Shown: piece by piece, positions 28,297 through 36,603 of the stretch | How positions within the stretch are numbered: position 1 is the stretch's first letter | Layout of the letters: each line of letters begins with the position of its first letter | Assembly: GCA_024225395.1 (NCBI GenBank) | Contig: JAAEMR010000105.1 | Coordinates: 5,562 to 69,561, forward strand | From: Gammaproteobacteria bacterium | Lineage (GTDB): Bacteria; Pseudomonadota; Gammaproteobacteria; GCA-001735895 | Length of the DNA: 64,000 nucleotides | Reading direction: 5' to 3' | Translations under genes and position numbers: made by a program | The notes under the pieces: model-generated | Told to the model about the DNA's origin: nothing | Seen by the model: the letters and a program-made list of their open reading frames with translations, nothing else | Database searches by the model: none

Positions 28297-30444
28297 TTAT
28301 GCATTATTCCTCGGATCATCTGGATCGAGGTGGAATTGCTTGCTCTGGCTCCATTTAGATTTAATGGCTTCTACAATTTTCAGAGTGATTTCAGATTTAT
28401 CATTCTGGTTTGCCCAGGTTTCTATTTCATGCACCAGCATGCCTCTGACCATATCCGGTGCACTGGCTATGCTGTCTCTGGCGTCTTGTTGCCAGTCCAG
28501 AGTTTCTACGACTTTTGCAGAGCCTTTGTGGAAAGTTTCCAGGGTGGATTTAACAAATTCCTTATCGATGGAAACTAAACCCATTTTGCCGGCGATAGTT
28601 ATCATCGCATTGGCAGTCATGTCGCGGCAGTAACCTTCAGGTACATTGGCCAGTAATTCTTGACTGCCAGCCAGCCATTCAAGTTTAGTCTCAGGTTTAT
28701 CCTGTTGCAGAGTCATTCCGGCAAAGGGGCATTTACTGGCTTTTTTAGGGGCGGGCTTTTCTCCACTTTTAACCTGTTGTTCCATGGCCTGTCGTGATAT
28801 CTCCAGACCTTTTTCAGCAACTTCGAGAGATATGCTGGAAATGTTGTTATCGGTAGCGTAAGTTTCAATGTTTCTTTTAGCGGCATCTCGCATGAAACCT
28901 TCGGGTGCTCGCATCAAACGAGCTATGGCTGCTGTTTCCCAGCGTAGCTCTTCAGTATCCTGTTGTTGAAGGAAAGCCTGTATATGCTGGATATCGACCT
29001 GCCAGGTTTTATCGGCACGTGCTTTTTTTTCAGCTCGACCTTTTATATTTTCTCGAAGTGAAGGTTCTTCGATGGACTGTAGTAACTGATCAGCCCGGTC
29101 AGTCCAGATCATTGGTTTTGTCGTTACGTATGTTTTCAATTCACCACGGTCGGCTGCTTCGATGATTTCCTGTATGGCATTCTCAGCATGTCCCGGCATT
29201 AGCTCAGCGGTTGCCGCTTCTACAATACTTTCAGTGATGACGGTATGACCTTTTTCCTGTGCGTAACGCAAAATAGCCATTTTGGCCATAGGACGGACGA
29301 AAACCGGTACTTTTAACATGCGTTTTTCTGCTTCGACAGACCAGGATGTGGTGGCTGCAGCAATTCTTTCTATACGAGGCTGGTGTTCCTGCATGCCCAG
29401 TAAGATGGAACAGTTAATATTGCGTAACAGGTTTTCGGCATTGCCCCCTATATCCAGTTCCGGGTCGGCATGAATGCCCAGTTTGCCAATGATTAACAGG
29501 GATGCATCGACGCTGGATACGTATTTTTCAATAGCATCGTAGGCTTTTCCGTCGAGCAATTTTGTTTCTATGTTGATGCCATAGTCTTCGGCTATGGATT
29601 CGGCCACGTCAAGATGCCCCTGGTAAATTTTAGCAAGACCCGAATCGATAATATCTTCGTGTAATTTTTCCTGCTCTTTAAATTTGAAAACTTTACCGGC
29701 TTCTTCTGATAAAACATCGGCAATTTTATTAAAAGCGACATAGTGATAATAAGGATCAAAGGTTGAGATAACCTTGAGTTCTACTTCCCATTGATGGGAT
29801 AGTGAAAAAGCAGTGAGAAGAGCGCCATAAGATTTTCTGGAACCGTCGATGGCCACAACGATGGGGCCTTTGTTAATCATTTTTTGAGGTTGTTTGATAA
29901 CCAGGGTATCAATATTAGTTCGACGTACAGTTCGGTCACAAACAGTTCCTATACGGCTGCCTTCTATAGCACCGACACCGATGGAACCCAGGACCAGTAA
30001 GTCATAATCACTTTTGTTGGCTTCATTCACCAGAGCGCGGTAATTCTTACCTTCGAGTGAGGAGCGCTGAAATTCAATTTTTTCCTGCTGGCATTGTTTG
30101 TCAATTTGATCGAGATAAGACTCTGTAATAATCGACAGGCCTCGAGTGATCAAATCATCATGCACTTCGCGTTGATGTTCGAGCTCCTGTTCAACCCGAT
30201 ATTGTTCGGGTAAACCACCTTCCATCTGGCGGAAGCGGATATCATGCATTTTGGCGGCGTAGGCATGAGTACCTGTTATTTTACTGCCCCAGGCTTTAGC
30301 CAGTTGGACAGATTCTAAAATTGCCTGGTTTGAATGATCGGATGAATCCACTGCCACCAGAATAGACCGGTACCGGGTTAAAGGGTCGAGAGATTCATTT
30401 GTTTGTGGAGCAATAGCCGTCATAGGTGCTTTTATCCAGTTCAA
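28297..30444 (-). CDS. Tandem universal-stress-protein (USP) domains followed by five PCP_red-like repeats
   Basis: ILVAVDSS and IVVAIDGS USP starts with G..G..G motifs; five W...A...L...P...R......E..A......IT-type repeats; a KCPF motif; probable start ATG at 30423. Confidence 0.8.
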   Translation of the reverse strand: MNWIKAPMTAIAPQTNESLDPLTRYRSILVAVDSSDHSNQAILESVQLAKAWGSKITGTHAYAAKMHDIRFRQMEGGLPEQYRVEQELEHQREVHDDLITRGLSIITESYLDQIDKQCQQEKIEFQRSSLEGKNYRALVNEANKSDYDLLVLGSIGVGAIEGSRIGTVCDRTVRRTNIDTLVIKQPQKMINKGPIVVAIDGSRKSYGALLTAFSLSHQWEVELKVISTFDPYYHYVAFNKIADVLSEEAGKVFKFKEQEKLHEDIIDSGLAKIYQGHLDVAESIAEDYGINIETKLLDGKAYDAIEKYVSSVDASLLIIGKLGIHADPELDIGGNAENLLRNINCSILLGMQEHQPRIERIAAATTSWSVEAEKRMLKVPVFVRPMAKMAILRYAQEKGHTVITESIVEAATAELMPGHAENAIQEIIEAADRGELKTYVTTKPMIWTDRADQLLQSIEEPSLRENIKGRAEKKARADKTWQVDIQHIQAFLQQQDTEELRWETAAIARLMRAPEGFMRDAAKRNIETYATDNNISSISLEVAEKGLEISRQAMEQQVKSGEKPAPKKASKCPFAGMTLQQDKPETKLEWLAGSQELLANVPEGYCRDMTANAMITIAGKMGLVSIDKEFVKSTLETFHKGSAKVVETLDWQQDARDSIASAPDMVRGMLVHEIETWANQNDKSEITLKIVEAIKSKWSQSKQFHLDPDDPRNNA

Positions 30445-30472
30445 GAAATGTGTTATTGATTAAACCAGGCTA

Positions 30473-30601
30473 TTAACCAAATAAAACCCAGTATCCAAAA
30501 AGATAGCTAATTACCAGAATATTAATTGCTGCACCGGCAAAAACGAAATAATCAAAACCTGTCAGGTTCTGGTACCATTTATTTGTTACTACTGTTTTCA
30601 T
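30473..30601 (-). CDS. Small single-pass membrane protein, 42 aa (not in the ORF track)
   Basis: MKTVVTNKWYQNLTGFDYFVFAGAAINILVISYLFGYWVLFG; co-oriented within the operon and fills the gap before the USP gene. Confidence 0.6.
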   Translation of the reverse strand: MKTVVTNKWYQNLTGFDYFVFAGAAINILVISYLFGYWVLFG

Positions 30602-30605
30602 ATTT

Positions 30606-30735
30606 TTTATTCACCACAGAGGACACGGAGGACATAGAAATTATCAGGCTAGAGCTATTCTCAAGCTAGAGCTATTCTCAAGGAGCCTGTATCAACAGGT
30701 TTACCTCTGTGCTCTCTATGACCTCTGTGGTGCAA
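30606..30735. repeat. Intergenic inverted-repeat element with 9-nt periodic arms (copy B), containing a 17-bp tandem duplication
   Basis: TTTATTCACCACAGAGGACACGGAGGACATAG ... CTCTGTGCTCTCTATGACCTCTGTGGTGCAA; GCTAGAGCTATTCTCAA twice at 30648-30681. Confidence 0.65.
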
Positions 30736-30740
30736 TGTCT

Positions 30741-31490
30741 TTATTTTTTCTTAAACATGAAATCGACGGTTTGAGTATCTCCACCGGCTAAGGTTGCTTT
30801 ACCTTTTTGAGTTCCCAGAGTTCCGTGGAAAGCCCTTACTTTATATTTTCCGGCTGGAATATTGTCGATAGTATAGGTACCGTCTTCGGCAACTTTTGCG
30901 TAGTAAGGATTTTTAGCGACAAACACAAAACCATGCATGAAGTCATGAGCGTCACATTCGATCTTCATGCCTACACCACGCTTGAGTTTGATCTTTTTAT
31001 TGATGGTGCCTTTATCAGGTTGACTGATGTTCATCACGGTCTTTTTTGCTCTACCGATAATTTCGTAACTGTGGATGTTATGTAATACAGGGTCATCGTT
31101 AATGATTTCAGCATTGCCTTCGTTGTGCATGATTTGCATATAAGGCATGAATTCACAGCCTTTCTGTAAAATTTTAGAGTCTTTATTTGTGTCGTCAAAT
31201 GCCTTGCCCTGTTTTACTTTGTCCAGGTAAACCACAACCTCTGTCAGTGCGTCACCGTTAACTCTGACGTAATCAATTTCGCGGTTACCGACTCCGCATA
31301 CATCATTATCTTTTGAAATCTTGAAGACCAGCGGAGAGGGGTCTTTACCGGTAAATGAAACCTTACCGGAGATACTTCCCCCATTGGCAACATCAACTGT
31401 TTTATATTTTGCAGCCATGATTGCCGGGCTAGCACTTATGGCCAGAGTCAGGCCTGCAATTATTGATAGTTTTTTAAACATATATTTCAC
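30741..31490 (-). CDS. Exported cupredoxin-like / carboxypeptidase-regulatory-like domain protein
   Basis: Signal peptide, GSISGKV, CEFMP, DPVLHNIH ... CDAHDFM (H..CxxHxxM, type-1-copper-like), NPYYA..EDGTYTIDNIPAGKY. Confidence 0.75.
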   Translation of the reverse strand: MKYMFKKLSIIAGLTLAISASPAIMAAKYKTVDVANGGSISGKVSFTGKDPSPLVFKISKDNDVCGVGNREIDYVRVNGDALTEVVVYLDKVKQGKAFDDTNKDSKILQKGCEFMPYMQIMHNEGNAEIINDDPVLHNIHSYEIIGRAKKTVMNISQPDKGTINKKIKLKRGVGMKIECDAHDFMHGFVFVAKNPYYAKVAEDGTYTIDNIPAGKYKVRAFHGTLGTQKGKATLAGGDTQTVDFMFKKK

Positions 31491-31512
31491 CTTAGGATTT
31501 TCATTTATAGTT

Positions 31513-33897
31513 TTATGATACTTCCGCTAATGGAGCTGTACGGTACATTTCTTCAAGCATTTCAATAGCAAATCGTCTTTCATAACTTGTGGGCAGGTCT
31601 GACAGTAATTCAACAAGCCTTGCTGTACCCTGAACAGGTTCTATCGCTTTCAATACGAGTGCCATATCACGAGTTCTTCCACCAGCATTTTTGAATGGAC
31701 TTTGCACAATTTGTTCGATGGCTTTTGCCATTAACTCCTGTTGCTGATTAATTTCTTCCACCATCAGGCAGCGTTTCAGATTACTTACAGCGCTATAACG
31801 AACACCGGCTTCCTTGTCCTGCAGCATGTCGATTAATAAATTCACCCAGTCAGTCAGGGTGATGGGCGTTTCGGGTATGTGGGCGTTTTTAAGCAGTTCG
31901 TCACCATTTAATTCAAGTTCGGTGATGGATTCAATAGCCTGGATACGCAAAGCAGCACGTCTATGTTCTAAAGCCGTCATTAAAATTGGGATGGCAGCAC
32001 GATTATGAATGGCACCAAGGGCCTTGATACAAGCTAGTTTCAAGTCCCACTGTTCATTATGGAACTGGGTAATCAAACCGCCATAGGCGTATTCAATGCC
32101 ACCGATCGTTGGGTTATTCCTGGCTATTTCGGAGATTGAGTCGGCAGCATAAGTACTGAGTTTTATATCTGCTGAATGTAACGCCGTTATCAAGCTATCA
32201 ATCGTTTTCTTTGCTTTCTCTTCTGACAACTGTTCAGGCAGTTTAGCCAGTATTCTGGCAGCCAGATGTTGAACATCCTGGGCCACGGAAATTTCTTCAT
32301 TTTTGTTTTTAAATAACCACTCACCTTTGGTGACGTTATCCTGCACCAGGTTATGAAACTCTTCCATATCAGGGTCCTGTTCGGTTTCACTGTCGTGCTG
32401 ATTATCCGCTTGTTGCAGTTTTTGCTCGACAACAAGGCTATCCTGCATGATAGATTCCAGTGTGGACAAAACTTCTGCAGGCTGGGCTTCTTCGATGGGC
32501 TCTTCCTCGATCTCTTCGGTGATATTTTCAGCTTGCTTGGGCACTAATGATGCAACTTCAATTTCAAGTACCACGCGGCCATTGAGTGTTTCGTTGATGA
32601 TATCCAGCGGTGTTTTTACCTGGGAAGAATCAAATTCTGCCTGATCGATATTTTTCTCAATAGTCATCAAAGCCTGCATGGTAATCAGCCTGATGGGTTG
32701 GTCATTATGGTTGATCAAACGTGTCATTATTCTGGAGATATTGACATTCCATCTGGATATCTGAGCCAGTGTATCGATACAGGTCCTAAGAATTTTATCA
32801 GCAAGTTTGGGTCTTGAAATGAGTTGAATTAAACGAGCTTCAGAGGCTTCCTTATCCGCCAACTTCAGCAATAAGGGTATGGCGGCCAGGATAACAATCT
32901 CATTTTTATCATTAAAGGCTGTGGAAATATGCTCCAGTAACTGTTCATCGCTGAGGTTTACATTTTCTGCCTGTAGAGATTGTAAATAGGTTGCTCTGAC
33001 TTCTGCATCCGGATCATTCAGTAAATGATCATTTGCTTTGTGTTTCGGATTTTTAGAATTAATACCGGCACTGAGTGTGTCATAAGCAGTGATGGCTGCC
33101 TGGCGTACTTTTTCAGAGCGATCCTTTTTTAATAATTCAATGGCTGACAGGTACTTTGTTGCATTTCGACTCACTAATGCCTGTAATGCGTTTAAACGAA
33201 CATCATCTGAGGAATCTGTAAAAGCGGAAGTTAACGCCTTCAGTGATTGTTTTGTGGATGAAAAAGATAACGCATGTGCAGATCTTCTACGGGTAAGAGC
33301 AGATGCATCTTTCAACAGTCCAATCACGCGTTCTTCACCTTCATTGCCGATGGATACCAGGGCATCAAGAATGACATGTTCAATGTCGAGAACATCTTCA
33401 CTATCCAGTAAATTCATTAATACCTGTGTCGCTGGTTGGGCTTTCATTTTTCCCAGTGCAACGATTGCCTCCTTCTGCATGTCCCACCAGTCATCCCAGT
33501 CTTCATTACTATCAATGATCATATTTTGCGGATGATGTTCAGCTATTTCCAGTAAGACTGGAATGCTGGATGGATTTTTAATATCACCCAGTGCTCTTAC
33601 GATGGCTGTTTTTAATTCGCCGTCGGGGTCATTTTTTAATGATTCGATCAATTGAGGTACAACCTTGGTAGCATTCAATTTTCCTAATGCTTCGGCGGCA
33701 TCGATACAAACGTCGATATCTTCATCTCGAAGTTTTATGACCAGATCATTAATGGCCTCAGTAGCACCTATAGTGCCTAATGCCCGACTGGCATTACATT
33801 TATCAACCTCATCACCACTATTCAATAAACCGCGCAGGCTATGCACAACGTTAGTTCTGGGCTCAGTTGAAGGTTTGTCTGTATTTGTTGATAGCAC
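31513..33897 (-). CDS. HEAT/PBS-lyase repeat protein
   Basis: Many D..VR..A..ALG repeats. GTG at 33897 with an AAGGT RBS is preferred because the ORF-track TTG at 33948 lies inside the sigma54 promoter. Confidence 0.8.
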   Translation of the reverse strand: MLSTNTDKPSTEPRTNVVHSLRGLLNSGDEVDKCNASRALGTIGATEAINDLVIKLRDEDIDVCIDAAEALGKLNATKVVPQLIESLKNDPDGELKTAIVRALGDIKNPSSIPVLLEIAEHHPQNMIIDSNEDWDDWWDMQKEAIVALGKMKAQPATQVLMNLLDSEDVLDIEHVILDALVSIGNEGEERVIGLLKDASALTRRRSAHALSFSSTKQSLKALTSAFTDSSDDVRLNALQALVSRNATKYLSAIELLKKDRSEKVRQAAITAYDTLSAGINSKNPKHKANDHLLNDPDAEVRATYLQSLQAENVNLSDEQLLEHISTAFNDKNEIVILAAIPLLLKLADKEASEARLIQLISRPKLADKILRTCIDTLAQISRWNVNISRIMTRLINHNDQPIRLITMQALMTIEKNIDQAEFDSSQVKTPLDIINETLNGRVVLEIEVASLVPKQAENITEEIEEEPIEEAQPAEVLSTLESIMQDSLVVEQKLQQADNQHDSETEQDPDMEEFHNLVQDNVTKGEWLFKNKNEEISVAQDVQHLAARILAKLPEQLSEEKAKKTIDSLITALHSADIKLSTYAADSISEIARNNPTIGGIEYAYGGLITQFHNEQWDLKLACIKALGAIHNRAAIPILMTALEHRRAALRIQAIESITELELNGDELLKNAHIPETPITLTDWVNLLIDMLQDKEAGVRYSAVSNLKRCLMVEEINQQQELMAKAIEQIVQSPFKNAGGRTRDMALVLKAIEPVQGTARLVELLSDLPTSYERRFAIEMLEEMYRTAPLAEVS

Positions 33898-33931
33898 AAT
33901 GTAATACCTTATGTAGATTTCCAGCTTGTTA

Positions 33932-33948
33932 TGCATGAATAGTGCCAA
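33932..33948 (-). promoter_or_regulatory. Sigma54 (-24/-12) promoter for the leftward HEAT...hemY...NtrC arm
   Basis: Minus strand TTGGCACTATTCATGCA = GG-N10-GC with a TGGCAC core. Confidence 0.75.
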
Positions 33949-33966
33949 AAGGAATCTGTCTTTATC

Positions 33967-33979
33967 TAAGTTATTGATT
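33967..33979 (-). promoter_or_regulatory. IHF binding site (left)
   Basis: AATCAATAACTTA matches WATCAANNNNTTR; lies between the left sigma54 promoter and the enhancer sites. Confidence 0.55.
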
Positions 33980-34035
33980 AATTGCGGTTTAAACTTATTT
34001 TATCTGTTTGATATGGGAGCACTATCATGCTCCGA

Positions 34036-34147
34036 TTGAATGATTCGTTACATTCAATTTGAACAAAAAAAGCAGTTGAACGAATCGTTCAACTACCGAG
34101 AGTAGCATGATTTGATCAGGCAAAATTAAAGTTTTGAACATTTCGTT
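34036..34147. promoter_or_regulatory. Candidate enhancer (UAS) sites for the NtrC-type activator
   Basis: Palindrome AGTTGAACGA-A-TCGTTCAACT at 34074-34094, plus related TTGAATGATTCGTT (34036) and TTGAACATTTCGTT (34134). Confidence 0.6.
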
Positions 34148-34217
34148 AATTTTTTCAGGGCTTAGATTTTTGCTTTTTTATCTGAAGTTAAATACTGGCG
34201 GAATCATTTTATTTTTC

Positions 34218-34230
34218 TAAGTAATTGATT
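34218..34230 (-). promoter_or_regulatory. IHF binding site (right)
   Basis: AATCAATTACTTA matches WATCAANNNNTTR; lies between the enhancer sites and the right sigma54 promoter. Confidence 0.55.
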
Positions 34231-34282
34231 TAAAAAGCAAAGATTTTCAAGTTCTTTTTGAAAGAGTCAGTTGGTCCACAAT

Positions 34283-34299
34283 TTGGCAGGAAAATTGCA
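34283..34299 (+). promoter_or_regulatory. Sigma54 (-24/-12) promoter for the rightward cydA-like arm
   Basis: TTGGCAGGAAAATTGCA = GG-N10-GC with TTGCA; about 34 bp before the first small ORF. Confidence 0.75.
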
Positions 34300-34332
34300 T
34301 TTGGCTGTTTTAAAGTAATCATAGGATAAGTT

Positions 34333-34494
34333 ATGTCTGATAAAGAGAACGAAGCACAACAAGATGCAATGGAATCAGCACACGATGAGTCAACCACCTG
34401 GGGACCGAAACTATTTTACGGCGTATTAATTGCCGTTTTAGTCTTTTTCTGGTGGATGGTTATTTATCCTCATGGCGTAGCGCCTACTCATTAA
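34333..34494 (+). CDS. Small single-pass membrane protein, 53 aa (not in the ORF track)
   Basis: AGGA RBS; MSDKENEAQQDAMESAHDESTTWGPKLFYGVLIAVLVFFWWMVIYPHGVAPTH. Confidence 0.7.
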   Translation: MSDKENEAQQDAMESAHDESTTWGPKLFYGVLIAVLVFFWWMVIYPHGVAPTH

Positions 34495-34560
34495 ACTCGT
34501 CAGAAATACAGATTAACGACATTATTTCGCGTGAATGGGGAAACCTTAAGGTAACAAAAT

Positions 34561-34695
34561 ATGAATATGAAGAATCCACTGATTAACTGGGTACTTGCTA
34601 TTGTGATAGTCGTAGCGATTTTTTACGGGCTTAACCACGGGGTGATGTCGATGCAGGGTTTGCCATTAAACATAGATTTAACGCCAGCTCAATAA
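34561..34695 (+). CDS. Small single-pass membrane protein, 44 aa (not in the ORF track)
   Basis: AAGGT RBS; MNMKNPLINWVLAIVIVVAIFYGLNHGVMSMQGLPLNIDLTPAQ. Confidence 0.65.
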   Translation: MNMKNPLINWVLAIVIVVAIFYGLNHGVMSMQGLPLNIDLTPAQ

Positions 34696-34716
34696 GTGCT
34701 CACTGAAGGTATTATT

Positions 34717-36603
34717 ATGAATCCAGGTTTATCAATTAATAACAATTTCAGGGTTGTTCTTAGTTTACTTTTTGCCTTGATGCTGGCGACAGTGTTTTCC
34801 CTGTCATTTTCGGACAGTGTTTATGCTGCAACTGGAACATCCAGTATTGAGGACAGGATTCGCTCGGTGGATACCGGTGGCCTGACAGCTGAACAATTTC
34901 AGGTCGAACCGAAAGAAGTCGGCTTTCCTCCTTTTTCAGCACCAAAATTAAAAACTAAAGATTATCCCAAGATTATGGGTGTGAGCAGTCGTTCGATTGT
35001 CTGGGTAGTTGCCCAGATGCATCTGTTTTTTGCAGCCTTTGTTCTGGCCGTTCCATTGTTTGTGCTGGTTATCGAATGGATTGGGGTTAAGTCCGGCGAT
35101 GAACGTTATGACGACATGGCGCATGAGTGTATGAAAATCAGTATGACTGCCTTTTCCATTACAGCTATTTTTGGTGGTTTACTGGCGTTTGCGTTATTCA
35201 TTTTATATCCACAGTTTATGGGTTACATGATGAATGTGTTTAACACCCAGGTGCTGCTGTATGCGCTGTTATTTTTTGCAGAAAGCTTTTTTCTGTATCT
35301 CTATTACTACAGCTGGTATGCCTACCGTTGGGGTAATAAGAAATGGGTACACCTGACTTTAGGTCTTATGCTCAATGTGGTTGGAACGACTATCCTTTTA
35401 CTGGCAAATGCCTGGGTCACTTTCATGATGGCACCTTCCGGTGTGGATGATACTGGAGCTGTTACCGGTGGAATCTGGGAAATCATCCGTGGCCCTTTAT
35501 GGAACCCTATTAACTTACACCGCTTCATCGCCAACATTGCTTTTGGTGGAGCTGTTATTGGTGCTTATGCGGCCTATAAATTTCTGTCGGCTACCGACTT
35601 AAGAGCCAGGGCACATTACGACTGGATGGGTTACACCGCTAATTTTATCGCGATTCTGGCATTCTTACCGTTGCCGTTTGCAGGTTACTGGTTGATGGCT
35701 GAAATCTATGCCTATTCTCAGCAAATGGGCATTACCGCGATGGGTGGAATTCTGGCCTGGCTGTTTATTGTTCAGGCCGTGTTGATTGGTACCATTTTAC
35801 TGGCGGGTAATTATTATTTGTGGTCCGGTATGTCGCGGACTCAAGGTTCATCACGATATACCTGGATGATTAAATATATTGCGATGGTGCTGGTGACCTG
35901 TTTCCTGATCTGGGTAACACCCCATACGTTAATTTTAAGTGCTTCAGAGATGAAGTTGCTGGGCGGTAGTCATCATCATTTACTTGGGCCTCTGGGCATC
36001 ATGCCGGCCAAGAATATCGCAGTAAATCTGATGCTGATCTTTACCTTCCTGTCTTTTCAGTTATATAGACGATCGGATAAAGAGGTCACTGTTGGCTGGG
36101 CAGGCTTTGGTAATGCGTTGATGGTTAGTATTTATGTGGTCGCCATTGTTAACGTAATTTTTGCTGGAGTGTATTACGGCTATTTTACCAATACTGTTTA
36201 TAAAGTAGGTTCCAGTGTGACTCAGGTGGTTTCAACGCTGGTGGTTATTGTTTCCGGTGTCATCATCGATACCTATATGTTTAAAGGTGCGAAAACATTG
36301 CCATCGGAATGGGGAAAAGTTTCTAACCGGGCACAATATGCCTTGTTTGCATTACCCGTCGCATTTACCTGGTTGATGGCGTTGATGGGTTATGTTCGTT
36401 CATCGGTCAGAACCAACTGGCATGTGTACACGGTGATGAAAGATAACTCGCCGGATAATTATATTCCTGCCATTGGATTTGCCGGAAACATGATGACGAT
36501 TGTGACTGTATTATTCCTGATCTGTGTGTTATTTATTTTCTGGGTAGCGTCTTTGAGTGAGACAAAACAGTCCAGACCCGCTTTTCTGACGGGAGATAAA
36601 TAA
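34717..36603 (+). CDS. Cytochrome bd subunit I (CydA)-like protein, divergent bd-like type with no CydB partner
   Basis: AQMHLFF (His19-like), FFAES, ANAW..FM..P, NLHRF (His186-like), GYVRSSVRTNW in place of GW..AE.GRQPW; many TM helices; ATG at 34717 with AAGGT RBS. Confidence 0.75.
   Translation: MNPGLSINNNFRVVLSLLFALMLATVFSLSFSDSVYAATGTSSIEDRIRSVDTGGLTAEQFQVEPKEVGFPPFSAPKLKTKDYPKIMGVSSRSIVWVVAQMHLFFAAFVLAVPLFVLVIEWIGVKSGDERYDDMAHECMKISMTAFSITAIFGGLLAFALFILYPQFMGYMMNVFNTQVLLYALLFFAESFFLYLYYYSWYAYRWGNKKWVHLTLGLMLNVVGTTILLLANAWVTFMMAPSGVDDTGAVTGGIWEIIRGPLWNPINLHRFIANIAFGGAVIGAYAAYKFLSATDLRARAHYDWMGYTANFIAILAFLPLPFAGYWLMAEIYAYSQQMGITAMGGILAWLFIVQAVLIGTILLAGNYYLWSGMSRTQGSSRYTWMIKYIAMVLVTCFLIWVTPHTLILSASEMKLLGGSHHHLLGPLGIMPAKNIAVNLMLIFTFLSFQLYRRSDKEVTVGWAGFGNALMVSIYVVAIVNVIFAGVYYGYFTNTVYKVGSSVTQVVSTLVVIVSGVIIDTYMFKGAKTLPSEWGKVSNRAQYALFALPVAFTWLMALMGYVRSSVRTNWHVYTVMKDNSPDNYIPAIGFAGNMMTIVTVLFLICVLFIFWVASLSETKQSRPAFLTGDK

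Noticed and set aside
26905-30444. Dark-operative protochlorophyllide reductase or photosynthesis genes suggested by the PCP_red domains
   Set aside because: Only the short C-terminal module is present; there is no BchL, BchN or BchB catalytic domain and no other bch/puf gene in the window
30648-30681. 17-bp tandem repeat as a CRISPR remnant
   Set aside because: Two adjacent copies with no spacer and no cas genes; a simple duplication
33898-33948. N-terminal extension of the HEAT protein from TTG at 33948
   Set aside because: Overlaps the sigma54 -24/-12 element; GTG at 33897 has an RBS
34333-34695. Small ORFs as RiPP precursors for the SPASM enzyme
   Set aside because: They are hydrophobic single-TM peptides on the opposite arm, no RRE/PqqD, peptidase or exporter is present, and the radical SAM gene is coupled to hemY, which favours a tetrapyrrole substrate
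34717-36603. Canonical cytochrome bd quinol oxidase (cydAB)
   Set aside because: No cydB, no recognisable Q-loop motif and an altered GRQPW region, so the symbol cydA was withheld
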